Origin: Burkholderiales bacterium
GTDB lineage: Bacteria; Pseudomonadota; Gammaproteobacteria; Burkholderiales; SHXO01
Length of the DNA: 28,506 nt
NCBI GenBank assembly: GCA_026125625.1
Contig: JAHCKU010000001.1
Span: 1 to 28,506, forward strand
Reading direction: 5' to 3'
The number at the start of each line of letters is the position of its first letter. Position 1 is the first letter of the stretch. The position numbers and the translations under genes were made by a program. Below are positions 1 to 11,110 of the stretch, one piece after another. Below the pieces are notes generated by a model. That model worked only from the letters and a program-made list of their open reading frames with translations. It had not been told where the DNA came from and made no database searches.

Positions 1-1211
1 CGAAGGCGTGCATGCCGGGCTTGGCGTACTCCAGCACGTTGGCGGCACAGGTATTGGTCAACGCATAGCGTTTGCCCTGCGCCGTTACGATCGCCACGTA
101 GTCGTCGGGATCACCGTCCTTGGGACGGAAGGTTTCGAGGTGCGGCTCGACCATGTCTTCGCTGCGCGCGAACGCGGCATAGGGCAGGCCGGCGATGTGC
201 GCGCTGCGCGGTCCCACGTCGGCGATGTCGTTGCCGCGCACGCGCACCATGCTGCCGCCGGCGATGCCGATGACGCGCACATCCAGCGAGTTGACATAGG
301 TGTCGTGACCGCCGACCTGGGCGTGCTTCACGGTCGGCTTGCCGTTGCGGATGACCCCGATGTTGGTGCTGGTTCCGCCGACTTCGAAGTAGATGCCGTC
401 GGACACCTTCAGATACATGAGCGCACCGGCCACGCTCGCCGCTGGGCCGGAGAGCATGGTCACCACCGGACGGCGGCGCATCTCCTCGACCGCCATCACG
501 CCGCCGTCGCCGCGCATGATCATGAGCGGGGCTTCGATGCCCGCCTCGCGCACGCTCGATTCGGTCATGTTGGCAGTGTCGATCATCTTGGGCAGGATGC
601 TGGCGTTGATCACCGCGGTGCGCGTGCGCGTGGTCAGGCCATAGAGCTTGCTGATCTCGTGTCCGCCGGTCGAGGCCAGGCCAATGCTCTGCGCCACGCG
701 CATCACGGTCTCCTCGCCGCTGGTATCGTCGACACCGAACGCGCTGCTCGCCACCACCACCTGCACGCCTTCAGTGCGCAGCTCTTCGAGCGTGGTGCGC
801 ACGGTGTCCTCGTCGATGACGTCCGAAGTGAGGAAGCGATGGCGCGGGCGCAGATGGCGGCCAGGCGCCAGCTCGATCTCCTTGATGCTGCTCTGGCCGC
901 GCGCCAGCAATGCCTCGACCCGGCCAGCCATGCCGATGATGCCCACTGCCGCCACGTCGCCTTCCAGCAATGCATTGGTTGCCTGCGTCGTGCTATGGGC
1001 GAGGAACACCACGCGCCTGGGATCGACGCGCGAGCGCTCGAGCACGGTGCGGAACACTTCGATCACACCCTTGGCCACCACGCCAGTCGCTGTGCGTGGT
1101 CATGACCGAATAGCGATCGACCACCTCGAAGGTGGCATTGTCGATCAGCACCGCCTTGGTGAAGGTGCCGCCGACATCGATGCCGATACGAAAAGTCCTG
1201 CTGTCTTCCAT
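1..1211 (-). CDS. Hydantoinase/oxoprolinase family protein (ATP-dependent cyclic-amide hydrolase, A-subunit type); 3' end truncated by the window, one frameshift near 1075-1085
   Basis: N-terminus MEDSRTFRIGIDVGGTFTKAV. After a frame change it continues ...AKGVIEVFRTVL...AHSTTQATNALLEG...MRGDGG...TMLSGPAASVAGA...EVGGTSTNIG, which are hallmark hydantoinase A motifs. The ORF track shows only the first 72 aa. Confidence 0.85.
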
Positions 1212-1258
1212 GCTGCTTTCCAGTCAGTGTTCGATCCAGCTGCCTGCATCGAGCGCCG

Positions 1259-2554
1259 TCACAGCGAACGACCGAGCATGAGATAGGAAATCATGCACAC
1301 GACCGCGACCATCACGCAGCCGACCGGCAGGGCGGTCTTCAGGAACTGGCCGTGCGGGACCTTGGTGTAGCCGATGGTCCACAAGGTCCAGGAGTTGGTG
1401 GGATCGACGCTGCCCTGCATGACCGTGGGCGCCAGCCACAGCGTATACAGATACGGTACCGGGATCTCGTTGTTGGACAGGATGATCGCCAGCAGGGCGG
1501 CGCCGGTGCCGACCACCACCAGCGGCCCGCGATAGATGCTGCCGATGCCGCCGAGCACGGCGAAGAACAGAGCGGCCTGCCAGGCCGTATGCGGCAGGAC
1601 GGGATCGAAGATCGGCTTCAGTGCCGAGGACACTTCCGGCATCTGGCCGGTCACGATGATCATGCCGCAGATCGTCCACAAGGCCGCGATGGTCGCGATA
1701 TCCGGGAAGGCATCGTAGAACGTCTTGTTGAACAGATTGAGCTGGCCCTGAAAGCTGCGGTCGCGCCAGGTCAGCGCGAGCGCGAGCACGATGCTGACGA
1801 GGAAAGTCGGAATGATCTGCCATTTGAACACCATGATCATGATCACCGGAAAGATCGGCACGATGTAGGTGTAGTACGGCGTACGCTTGCGCGGCGGCGG
1901 TGCCGCTGCGGCGACGTCCACGCTCGCGGCGTGACGCAGGCCGAGCTTGCGCAGATTCAGGTAGATCATGAGCCAGGCGCAGGCGATATAGACCAGCATG
2001 CCGATGATCCACACGTCGAGCCAGGGTCCTTCGTACCTGATGCCCGGGAACAGCTTCTCGAAGGTGCCGAACTGGACCAGATTGACGAACGTGCCGGCGC
2101 CGATGCCCATGGTGAAGGTGGGGGCCGCCACCCGGGCAGGAATGCCCTGGCTGAGCATGATCGGCAGCGCGATCACGCCGATGGCGATCGCCGCGCCCAC
2201 GCCGTACATCGACGTGAACAGCAGGGCGGTGACCAGATTGATCACCATCGCCGTGACCATCGGCCGGTCTCCCGCCAACTCCACCGCCGAGCGGATGACG
2301 CTTTCGGCGATGCCGGTCTGGATCAGGATCTGCGCGAACCAGGCGCCGAAGACGATGATGATGACGGCGCTGGCGTATTGCGTGCCGCCACCCTGCAGCA
2401 CCTTGGCCTGGATGTCCTCCAGGCTGATGCCGGCGATCGCCGCCCATACGATCGCCAGAATGAGCAACATGATGATCGGACTCTGGCCGCGAACGATCAT
2501 GGCCACCACGATCAGGAACGCGATCAGCAATACGATGCCGGTGGCCAGTTCCAT
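1259..2554 (-). CDS. Secondary carboxylate transporter (CitMHS/GntP-like ion-transporter superfamily)
   Basis: 431 aa with about 11-12 hydrophobic segments and a two-repeat organisation. Lies directly upstream of the hydantoinase on the same strand. Confidence 0.7.
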   Translation of the reverse strand: MELATGIVLLIAFLIVVAMIVRGQSPIIMLLILAIVWAAIAGISLEDIQAKVLQGGGTQYASAVIIIVFGAWFAQILIQTGIAESVIRSAVELAGDRPMVTAMVINLVTALLFTSMYGVGAAIAIGVIALPIMLSQGIPARVAAPTFTMGIGAGTFVNLVQFGTFEKLFPGIRYEGPWLDVWIIGMLVYIACAWLMIYLNLRKLGLRHAASVDVAAAAPPPRKRTPYYTYIVPIFPVIMIMVFKWQIIPTFLVSIVLALALTWRDRSFQGQLNLFNKTFYDAFPDIATIAALWTICGMIIVTGQMPEVSSALKPIFDPVLPHTAWQAALFFAVLGGIGSIYRGPLVVVGTGAALLAIILSNNEIPVPYLYTLWLAPTVMQGSVDPTNSWTLWTIGYTKVPHGQFLKTALPVGCVMVAVVCMISYLMLGRSL

Positions 2555-2640
2555 CCCCCTCTCCCCTTGTTATCGTTCGCCCCGATCTGGTGCGGAGCTT
2601 TGTTCTGGCCGTGCGCGGCCCCCTGTCGTGAAGCTGGTTT

Positions 2641-3507
2641 CTACTGTGGCCCGCGATCGGTGCCGCGATACAGGATCCTGGCAGCTTCCTCGGTGACCTT
2701 GCGATGCATCTCGACCGCGTCCGGATCCATGTCTGCCCGGGGTCGCGGTTCCATGTCGAAGTGGTGGTAGTTGTCCACGCCGCGCACCAGCATGGCGCTG
2801 TCGCGTGGACCTGCGAGCTGCTTGAGATAGGTGGGAACGTAGCGCACGGCGAAACCGATGCGCCGCTCGTCCGAACCGTTCGGCTCGGAGCCGTGCACGA
2901 TGCGCACATGATGCAGCGAGAACTCGCCCGGCTGCAGGACGATGTCCACCACGCGCTGCTCGTCCACCTCGACCTGCACTTCCTGCCCGCGGGTGAGCAG
3001 ATTGTCGGCGGCGAACGTGTCCTTGTGCGGCAGCTGCTCCATCAGGTGTGTCCCCGGATCGACGCGCATGCAGCCGTTGGCCTGCGTGCTGTGAGAGAGC
3101 GCCACCCAGGCGGTGACCACGTCCGGATGGCTCAACCCCCAATAGGTCGAGTCCTGGTGCCAGGAGATATAGCTCGGATCGCGCGCATCCTTGATGAACA
3201 GGCTGCTGCTCCAGCACAATAGATTGGGACCGAGGATGTCTTCGATCGCGTCCAGGATCGCCGGGTGACGCACCAGCTCGTCGGCCCAGGTCAGCAGCAG
3301 ATGCGGCTTGTTCTTGATGTTGGTCTTCATCAGCGCCGTGCCCAGCTGACGCTCCACCCCTTCCAGCTTCGCCCGATAGCCCAGCGCCTGTTCCGCGCTG
3401 AAAGCGCGCACGGGAAAGTGATAGCCGTTGCGCGCGAAGGCCTCTACCTGCTGGCGCGTCAAGACCTTCGGCTCACGGGTGGTCGGGTTTGCGCTGGTGG
3501 TTTCCAT
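2641..3507 (-). CDS. Phytanoyl-CoA dioxygenase (PhyH) family Fe(II)/2-oxoglutarate dioxygenase
   Basis: SWHQDSTYW (HxD), VTAWVAL, NGCMRVDPGTH, distal VHGS His and RIG Arg. Confidence 0.9.
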   Translation of the reverse strand: METTSANPTTREPKVLTRQQVEAFARNGYHFPVRAFSAEQALGYRAKLEGVERQLGTALMKTNIKNKPHLLLTWADELVRHPAILDAIEDILGPNLLCWSSSLFIKDARDPSYISWHQDSTYWGLSHPDVVTAWVALSHSTQANGCMRVDPGTHLMEQLPHKDTFAADNLLTRGQEVQVEVDEQRVVDIVLQPGEFSLHHVRIVHGSEPNGSDERRIGFAVRYVPTYLKQLAGPRDSAMLVRGVDNYHHFDMEPRPRADMDPDAVEMHRKVTEEAARILYRGTDRGPQ

Positions 3508-3540
3508 GACTCGAACGATCCTTGAACGATTGAGCGGATG

Positions 3541-3575
3541 AAAGGCGGCGGGACGCTTGGCCCCGCCGCCGCTTT
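3541..3575 (-). terminator. GC-rich hairpin just downstream of the lactonase gene; possible terminator or RNA-stabilising stem
   Basis: On the minus strand GGCGGCGGG...CCCGCCGCC followed by TTT. Confidence 0.45.
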
Positions 3576-3580
3576 GACGA

Positions 3581-4660
3581 TCAGGGCAGCTGATATCCCT
3601 TCTTGCCGACCCGGATGCGATACAGGCTCTTGCCCGAGGTGACGTACAGCAGGTTGGCGTCCTGGCCGCGAGCGAAACCGACGTTGGTCGGCAGCTCCTT
3701 GCCGGTGGAGATGTACGCCATCTCCTTGCCTTGCGGCGTGATCGCCACGATCCCCGGCCGGTGCTCGCAGCGCGACGCCAGCCAGATGTTGCCTTCGGTA
3801 TCCGCGATCATGCCGTCGGGTCCGCTGCACGGCTTGTCGCCCTTGGTGTAGTCGATCAGTACGCGGCGGTTGCTCGCCTTGCCGTCCGGCGACAGGTCGT
3901 AGGCCTGCAGCTGGTGATGGCCTTGCAGCGTATTCTCGCCCTCCTGCAGGTTCTGGAATTCGAACCAGCCGTTGTCATTGCCGATCACGTACAGCGTCTT
4001 CTGATCGGGAGAGACCAGCACGCCGTTGCACTTGCCGCAGTCGGTGACGACGCGATGCACCGAGCCATCCGGATCGAGCCGGTAGACCGCGTAGCCGTCC
4101 TGATAGATCGCCTCATGCCCGAGATAGCGTGGATCGCTGAAGTAGATACGCCCTTTTTCGTCGATGCTCACGTCATTCAGCGCATTGTAGGGACGGCCGT
4201 TGTACAGGCCGGTGAGGACGTAGCTCTTGCCGGTCTTCATGTCCGTCTTCACCAGCATGCGGCCACCGTAGTCCGCACCCAGCGCGGCGATCATGTTGCC
4301 GTCGCGATCGAACTTGATGCCGTTCGACATTCCCGAGGGGCTGCGGAAGATGGTCGTCTGCCCGCTCTTGGGGTCGTACTTCCAGATGTTGCCGGCCTGC
4401 AGATACTTGTTCGAAGGGTCCTTGCAGAATTTGGTGAAGGTGATGTCGCTGAAGTAGACCATGCCGTCCGGCGCGACCGCCACGCCTTCGGTCAGCATGC
4501 AGCCGCCGTCGAAGATGCGATCGAGCTTGGCGTTGGGTGAGATGAAGGCCGGGTCACCGGTCGGCGCCGGGAAGCCGGGATCGTCGGCGTGGGCACCGGT
4601 GACGGCGAACGTAAGTGCGGCGACGAGCACTGCACGCTGCAAAACCTGCGCAACTCTCAT
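3581..4660 (-). CDS. SMP-30/gluconolactonase/LRE family protein with signal peptide
   Basis: Signal peptide (AALTFAVTGAHA); TEGVAVAPDGMVYFSDI, SNGIKFD, LNDVSID, CNGVLVSPD, PDGMIADTEG beta-propeller motifs. Confidence 0.9.
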   Translation of the reverse strand: MRVAQVLQRAVLVAALTFAVTGAHADDPGFPAPTGDPAFISPNAKLDRIFDGGCMLTEGVAVAPDGMVYFSDITFTKFCKDPSNKYLQAGNIWKYDPKSGQTTIFRSPSGMSNGIKFDRDGNMIAALGADYGGRMLVKTDMKTGKSYVLTGLYNGRPYNALNDVSIDEKGRIYFSDPRYLGHEAIYQDGYAVYRLDPDGSVHRVVTDCGKCNGVLVSPDQKTLYVIGNDNGWFEFQNLQEGENTLQGHHQLQAYDLSPDGKASNRRVLIDYTKGDKPCSGPDGMIADTEGNIWLASRCEHRPGIVAITPQGKEMAYISTGKELPTNVGFARGQDANLLYVTSGKSLYRIRVGKKGYQLP

Positions 4661-4789
4661 ACGTCTCCTCCTGGGAAAAATTTTGCTTTCGTTTGCTGAT
4701 CGACGCAGCGCGCCTGGCCGCTGTTGCGGCGGATCGGCACGGCTGCCCGCGGAATGTGCGCGCTGGCGTCCCCCTCGCCTGGTACGCGT

Positions 4790-4830
4790 CTCTTTCTTTA
4801 TAAGTAAAATCCTGTTTCAACTATAAAACT
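4790..4830. promoter_or_regulatory. AT-rich divergent promoter region with two imperfect palindromic boxes (candidate IclR operators)
   Basis: TTTCTTTATAAGTAAAA and TTTCAACTATAAAA stand out in GC-rich DNA between the divergent lactonase and IclR genes. Confidence 0.35.
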
Positions 4831-4841
4831 GAGCTTCCGCC

Positions 4842-5610
4842 TTGTCAACTGGACACCGCATCGCGCGATCGACGACACGCTATTCGGCGCCTGCGCTGGA
4901 GAAGGGGCTCGATGTTCTGGAAACCCTTGCCGCAGAGCAGCATGGTCTGTCTCTGCAGGAGATCGCACGCCGCCTGGAACGCTCGCCCAGCGAGCTGTTT
5001 CGCATGCTGGATGTTCTTGTGCAGCGCGGCTATCTCGCGCGCGCCTGCCGGACCCTACGCCCTGACCCTGCGTCTGTTCGAGCTGGCGCACCGCCATCCG
5101 CCGGTCGACCGCCTGCTCGACGTCGCCGTGCCGCACATGCAGGCGCTGGCCCGTCTCACCGGACAGGCCAATCATCTGTCCGTACATCACGACGCGCGCC
5201 TGGTCGTGCTCGCGCGCGCCGAACCGCCCGAGCCGATGAGCTATTCGGTACGCCCGGGTGCGCACTTCCCGTTCCGCGACGATCGTGTCTCTGCGCGGGT
5301 GATCACCGCCTTTCAGGACGAGACGCACCGCGACCTGCTGCAGGACGAGCTTGCGGCGGGCCGTTCACTCACGCGCACGCTCGCCACCCGGCTCGCTGCG
5401 ATCCGCAGGCGCGGCTACGACGAAGGACCCAGCGACACGATCTCCGGCGTGGTGGACATCTGCTTTCCGCTGTTCGACCGCTACGGCGTGGTCGCGGCGT
5501 TGAATCTGGTGTACCTGAAGCAGCGCGATACGCGCCTGAGCGTACCGCAGGCACGCGACGCCCTGCGCGCCGCCGCGCGCGACATCTCGCACGCCTTGGG
5601 AAAACTCTGA
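4842..5610 (+). CDS. IclR family transcriptional regulator (frameshift in the GCGCGCGC run at about 5037-5044)
   Basis: YSAPALEKGLDVLE HTH N-terminus (ORF 4842) joins YALTLRLFELAH...GVVDICFPLFD effector domain (ORF 4912..5610). Confidence 0.85.
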
Positions 5611-5644
5611 GGGACGATCCGTTCTCTTTATCGAATGGAAGTGC

Positions 5645-6889
5645 TCAACTCATCCTGCAGGCATTCTCCCCGGCCGAGGGCTGCAGCGCCGTGAGCGGTT
5701 GACCGGGCTGCGGAGAGGGACGCAGCACCTCGAAGAAATCCCATTTGTCCTGCATCTGCGCTTTGTCCTTCACCCTGACCACGAACATCTCCTGCATCAG
5801 TTGGTGGTCGCGCGCATTGAACAGCGCCTTGCGCGGCTTGAGGACGTCGAACTGGGCGCCTTTCTCCAGGTAGGCAATCAGCTTCGCAGCGTCGGTGCTC
5901 TTCGTTTCCGCCATCGCCTGCACGATGATGCGCACGGCGATGTAGTCCTGCCATGCCTGATTCTCCGGCGGATGACCGAAGCGCGCCCGGAAGCGCTGGG
6001 TGAATGCCCGCGAACCAGGCGTGTCGATGGCATGGCACCACGTGGTCTGCCAGAAGCCCGAGCTCGAATCGATGCCTGCAAGCCAGAACAGCGCGGTGTC
6101 GTTTGCGCCTCCGGTGACCGGAAACGGCAGGTTGTACTCCTTGTACTGCTTCAGGAAGTTGGTCAGATCGATGCCGGCGAGGCAGGAGTAGACGAAATCC
6201 GGACGCGCAGCACGGATCTTGAGGATGTAGCCCGACCAGTCCTGCGTATTGGTCGGCACCAGATCATTGCCGACGTTGATCGCACCGCCTTCCCCCAGAT
6301 ATTTGCTGGACACGCGGAACAGGTCGTGGCCGAAGGCGTAGTCGGCGGTCAGCGCGTACCAGCGCTTGCCTTTCACCAGACCCTGCTCGGTGAGCCAGTC
6401 GACCACGGTACGCGTGTACATGGTGCTGTTGGCTTCGACGTGGAACATGTAGCGGTTGCAATCCTTGCCGCGCAGGCCGTCCGAGTTGCCTCCGGTGTTG
6501 AAGAAAGGCCGCCTGCCGCGCTTGGCCTCCTTGCTGATGGCGAGTCCGGATGCCGAATTGATCTCGCCGAAGATCGCAACCACCTTGTCGCGCTCGATCA
6601 GCTTGGCCGCCTTGTTCGCCGCGGTGGCCGGGTTCACGCTGTCCTCCGCGACCAGTTCGAGCTTGCGCCCGAGCACGCCGCCGGCGGCATTGGCTTCGTC
6701 GATCGCAAGCGTCGCACCCTTGAAGCCGTATTCGCCCACCTGACCGAGAAAGCCGGTGCGCGGCGTGAGATGCGCGAGGCGGACGGTCCCGGCCTGGCCG
6801 CGGACGATGGCGGGAAAGCCGAGCACCGCCCCACCCGCTGCTGCCGCCAGCAGTTTCCGACGTTCGAAGCTGATGCAATGTCGTTTCAT
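5645..6889 (-). CDS. ABC transporter substrate-binding protein, branched-chain amino acid/amide (LivJ-like) type, Tat signal
   Basis: ATG at 6889 with AGGAGG RBS; RRKLLAAAAGG twin-arginine leader; EDSVNP, GEINSA, DYAFG motifs. Confidence 0.88.
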   Translation of the reverse strand: MKRHCISFERRKLLAAAAGGAVLGFPAIVRGQAGTVRLAHLTPRTGFLGQVGEYGFKGATLAIDEANAAGGVLGRKLELVAEDSVNPATAANKAAKLIERDKVVAIFGEINSASGLAISKEAKRGRRPFFNTGGNSDGLRGKDCNRYMFHVEANSTMYTRTVVDWLTEQGLVKGKRWYALTADYAFGHDLFRVSSKYLGEGGAINVGNDLVPTNTQDWSGYILKIRAARPDFVYSCLAGIDLTNFLKQYKEYNLPFPVTGGANDTALFWLAGIDSSSGFWQTTWCHAIDTPGSRAFTQRFRARFGHPPENQAWQDYIAVRIIVQAMAETKSTDAAKLIAYLEKGAQFDVLKPRKALFNARDHQLMQEMFVVRVKDKAQMQDKWDFFEVLRPSPQPGQPLTALQPSAGENACRMS

Positions 6890-6903
6890 GCTCTCCTCCT
6901 TGG

Positions 6904-7015
6904 CTCCCCTCCTTTTCAAGGAGGGTGTACCCCTACATAAATCGCCGTGAGGCGGCGGAATGGTTAGCTTCTACCCCACACCACCCCGGCGCTTCGCGCC
7001 ACCCCGCCTCTTGAG
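6904..7015. repeat. REP-like multi-hairpin module, copy 1 (left part; interrupted by IS110 and completed at 8153-8170)
   Basis: CCCCTCCTT-TTC-AAGGAGGG, GCCG-TGAG-GCGGC, CCACACCACCCC, then CCCCGCCTCTTG|AG; same module order as the copies at 8263 and 8390. Confidence 0.85.
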
Positions 7016-7024
7016 CAACCGTGT

Positions 7025-8372
<1,348 letters not shown>

Positions 8373-8389
8373 CATCAACGCGTCAGCCG

Positions 8390-8507
8390 TCTTCCCCTCC
8401 TTTTCAAGGAGGGGTGCCGCCGTAAGGCGGCGGGGTGGTTAGCATCTACCCCACACCACCCCGCTCCCTTCGGGAGCACCCCTCCTCTTGAGAGGAGGGG
8501 AAGAACT
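8390..8507. repeat. REP-like multi-hairpin module, copy 3 (most regular)
   Basis: Four hairpins including GCTCCC-TTCG-GGAGC; inner GGGGTGGT/ACCACCCC and outer TCTTCCCCTCCT/AGGAGGGGAAGA inverted repeats. Confidence 0.88.
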
Positions 8508-8521
8508 TCAGCACATCACGA

Positions 8522-9378
8522 TCACGCCGCCCGCGCCGCACTGCGCGCTTCGTCCTCCAGCTTCTGCCACAGCGCGCGGATCATGTCCTTCATCATCAGC
8601 GCTTCTTCCCAGCGATCGGACAGCTCGTAGCCGTCGCGCCCGGTGATCGCGTACTCCTGGGTCCCAGCTCGCACGAAAAGGCAAAGGGTCATGATCTGCG
8701 GCGCGCCGCTGTCGCCAGCTGCAGCCATCTCCCACCAGCCCATGAACAGATCGGCCCAGTCCTTGTGATGCGGGAAGCTGATCTGGATCTGGACTTGCTC
8801 GCAGCTGGCGACGCGGCCATGGAACCCCAGGCGTTGTCGATGATGCGATGCATCAGCGCGTGATTCTCTTCGGAGATGGGCCAGGCGAATTCGCGACCGA
8901 CGACGTAGTGCGACAGATCCGCGGTCAGACGCAGGTCGGGAAAGCAGTCGAGCAGGTGCAGAGTGAAGAACAGATCCGTCGTCATGCGATCGCGGTGCGT
9001 CTCGATGTGCAGCGGGATCTTCGCGTCGTGCGCCAGGCGGCGCCACCCATCGATGTAGGGGATGCATTCTTCCACGCGATACGGCCGCACGTCGGGTTGC
9101 AGATTGATGTGGTCGGCACCCAGCTCCTGCACGTGCTCGATGATCGGCTTGAGGTCGTCCACCGTCCTGGGATAGCACTGCGCCTGCCAGCTCATGCCGT
9201 GTGCACGCAGAAAGGCGGTCACCTCCCTGGCATAGTCGCGGTCGAAGAAGCGCACGCCGCAGCCGTCGAAGCCGGCACGCCGGATCATCTCCAGCTTCTC
9301 CTGCAGCGACCACTCCAATCCATCCGGTCGGCGCCGCTCCATCGCCCACAGCGATTGATAGATCAGCAGCTTCTGCAT
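8522..9378 (-). CDS. Sugar phosphate isomerase/epimerase (xylose isomerase-like TIM barrel) family protein, several indels in the 3' third
   Basis: MQKLLIYQSLWAM...IETHRDR...LTADLSHY...HGRVAS...ELG...ELSDRWEEAL. Frame changes at about 8823 and within about 8660-8730. Confidence 0.75.
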
Positions 9379-9429
9379 GGGGCCCCTCCTTCCTGGTTGT
9401 CCTTGCCTTCCCCGCACGCTCGGCGCACC

Positions 9430-10278
9430 TCACGTACACAATGTCGCAGCATGGAAGCGCAGGTGATCTTCCATGAAGGTCGCGATGAAGAAGTAGCCGT
9501 GATCGTAGCCCTCCTGCATGCGCAGAGTAAGTGCCTGGCCGCTCGCGGCGCAGGCATCGCGCAGCTGCTCTGGCTTGAGCTGTTCGGCAAGGAATTTGTC
9601 CGCCATGCCCTGATCGATCAGGATCTCGCGCCCGAACGGCCGCTCGCGCACCAGCTCGGAAGCATCGTACTGGCGCCATTGCGCGCGATCGCTGCCGAGA
9701 TAGCCGCCGAACGCCTTCGCGCCCCATGGACATTGCATCGGTGCGCCAATCGGGGCGAAGGCCGACACCGATCGATAACGCTGCGGATTGCGCAGCGCGC
9801 ACACCAGCGCCCCATGGCCACCCATCGAGTGACCGAAGATGCCGCGCCTGCCGTCGCCGGCGGGGAAATGTGCGGCGACCACGTCCGGCAGCTCGGAGGT
9901 GACGTAGCTGTACATGCGGTAGTTCGTCGACCACGGTGACTGGGTGGCATCGACGTAGAAGCCGGCGCCGACGCCGAAATCCCAGCTGTCTGCCTCGCCC
10001 GGCAGATTCAGGCCGCGCGGGCTGGTATCCGGCGCGACCAGCATCAGGCCGAGCTCTGCGGCCACGCGCTGCGCTCCAGCCTTGATGGCGAACGTCTCCT
10101 CGGTGCAGGTGAGTCCGGCGAGGTAGTACAGCACCGGCACCGTACGGCGCTGCGCCTGCGGCGGCCGGTACACGGAAAAGCGCATCTCCGCCTTGCATTC
10201 GCGCGACTCGTGCGCGTAGTAGCCCTGCACGCCGCCAAAGCACCGATGTTCGCTGATGACCTTCATGTTCTCGTTCAC
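9430..10278 (-). CDS. fghA: S-formylglutathione hydrolase (alternative ATG start at 10266)
   Basis: LAGLTCTEE, DFGVGAGFYVDAT, GHSMGGHG nucleophile motif, GYDHGYFF. Confidence 0.95.
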   Translation of the reverse strand: MNENMKVISEHRCFGGVQGYYAHESRECKAEMRFSVYRPPQAQRRTVPVLYYLAGLTCTEETFAIKAGAQRVAAELGLMLVAPDTSPRGLNLPGEADSWDFGVGAGFYVDATQSPWSTNYRMYSYVTSELPDVVAAHFPAGDGRRGIFGHSMGGHGALVCALRNPQRYRSVSAFAPIGAPMQCPWGAKAFGGYLGSDRAQWRQYDASELVRERPFGREILIDQGMADKFLAEQLKPEQLRDACAASGQALTLRMQEGYDHGYFFIATFMEDHLRFHAATLCT

Positions 10279-10335
10279 AGTAGCGCCTGCAGGGACTTTA
10301 CACGCTACGCATGGGAGAAGCGCTTGCGCTTTTCG

Positions 10336-11109
10336 TCAGAACGCTTCGTCCCTGCGCAGGAAGCGCCAGCGCCCTTCCGGCAGATTGCCCAGCCGCACCC
10401 TGCCCACGCGCACACGCTTCAATCCCGCCACGCGCAGCCCGACCGCCTCGCACATGCGGCGGATCTGGCGCTTGCGCCCTTCCTTCAGCACGAAACGCAG
10501 CTGATCCTGATTGATCCACTCGACGCGGGCCGGCTTGAGTGGACGCCCGTCGAGCGCCAGCCCGTGGTTGAGCCGCTTGAGGTCTTCCTCGCCCAACCGC
10601 CCCTGGACACGCACGATGTACTCCTTCTCGACCTGGGAATCCTCGCCGATCAGCTTCTTCGCCACCGTTCCATTCTGCGTGAACACCAGCAGGCCCTGGG
10701 AATCGATATCGAGCCGGCCGGCCGGCGCAAGACCCTTGAGATGGACGGGCGAGAACGATGGATCGCCAGGTGCGCGCTCCTGCGTCTCACGGCGAATGAG
10801 CACGACGGCCGGTTCATGATCGTCCTCCGGCTGGCCGGACACGTAGCCCACCGGCTTGTTGAGCAGGATGGTGACGCGCGCATCGAGCTGCGTGCGCGCA
10901 CGCGTCTTCAGCTCGATGATGGCATCGACCCGTATGCGCGTGCCGAGCTGATCCACCACGCGGCCGTCCACCTGCACCAGCCCTTGCGCGATCAGCTCGT
11001 CCGCCTCACGGCGTGAACACATGCCGCGCTCGGCCATGACCTTCGAGAGTCGTACCAGATTGCCGGTTTCGCCCTGAGGTCGTTGCGGTGACGAGGCGTC
11101 CCCAGTCAC
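10336..11109 (-). CDS. rRNA pseudouridine synthase, RsuA/RluB/E/F family with S4 domain
   Basis: [22 protein letters not shown]4 domain, [13 protein letters not shown] catalytic Asp, [10 protein letters not shown]. Confidence 0.92.
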   Translation of the reverse strand: MTGDASSPQRPQGETGNLVRLSKVMAERGMCSRREADELIAQGLVQVDGRVVDQLGTRIRVDAIIELKTRARTQLDARVTILLNKPVGYVSGQPEDDHEPAVVLIRRETQERAPGDPSFSPVHLKGLAPAGRLDIDSQGLLVFTQNGTVAKKLIGEDSQVEKEYIVRVQGRLGEEDLKRLNHGLALDGRPLKPARVEWINQDQLRFVLKEGRKRQIRRMCEAVGLRVAGLKRVRVGRVRLGNLPEGRWRFLRRDEAF

Positions 11110-11110
11110 C

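Noticed and set aside
8-2909. Long alternative-frame ORFs (8..1105, 1224..2909, 1352..2770), and likewise 20065..21945, 22066..24165 and 26746..28251
   Set aside because: Antisense or off-frame shadows of real genes in high-GC DNA, with no recognisable motifs.
2641-3507. Non-heme iron halogenase (also considered for 12308..13192)
   Set aside because: Both retain HQD with the Asp ligand. Halogenases replace it with Ala or Gly.
5037-5044. Programmed ribosomal frameshift in IclR or the hydantoinase
   Set aside because: No slippery heptamer or stimulatory structure; an indel is the simpler explanation.
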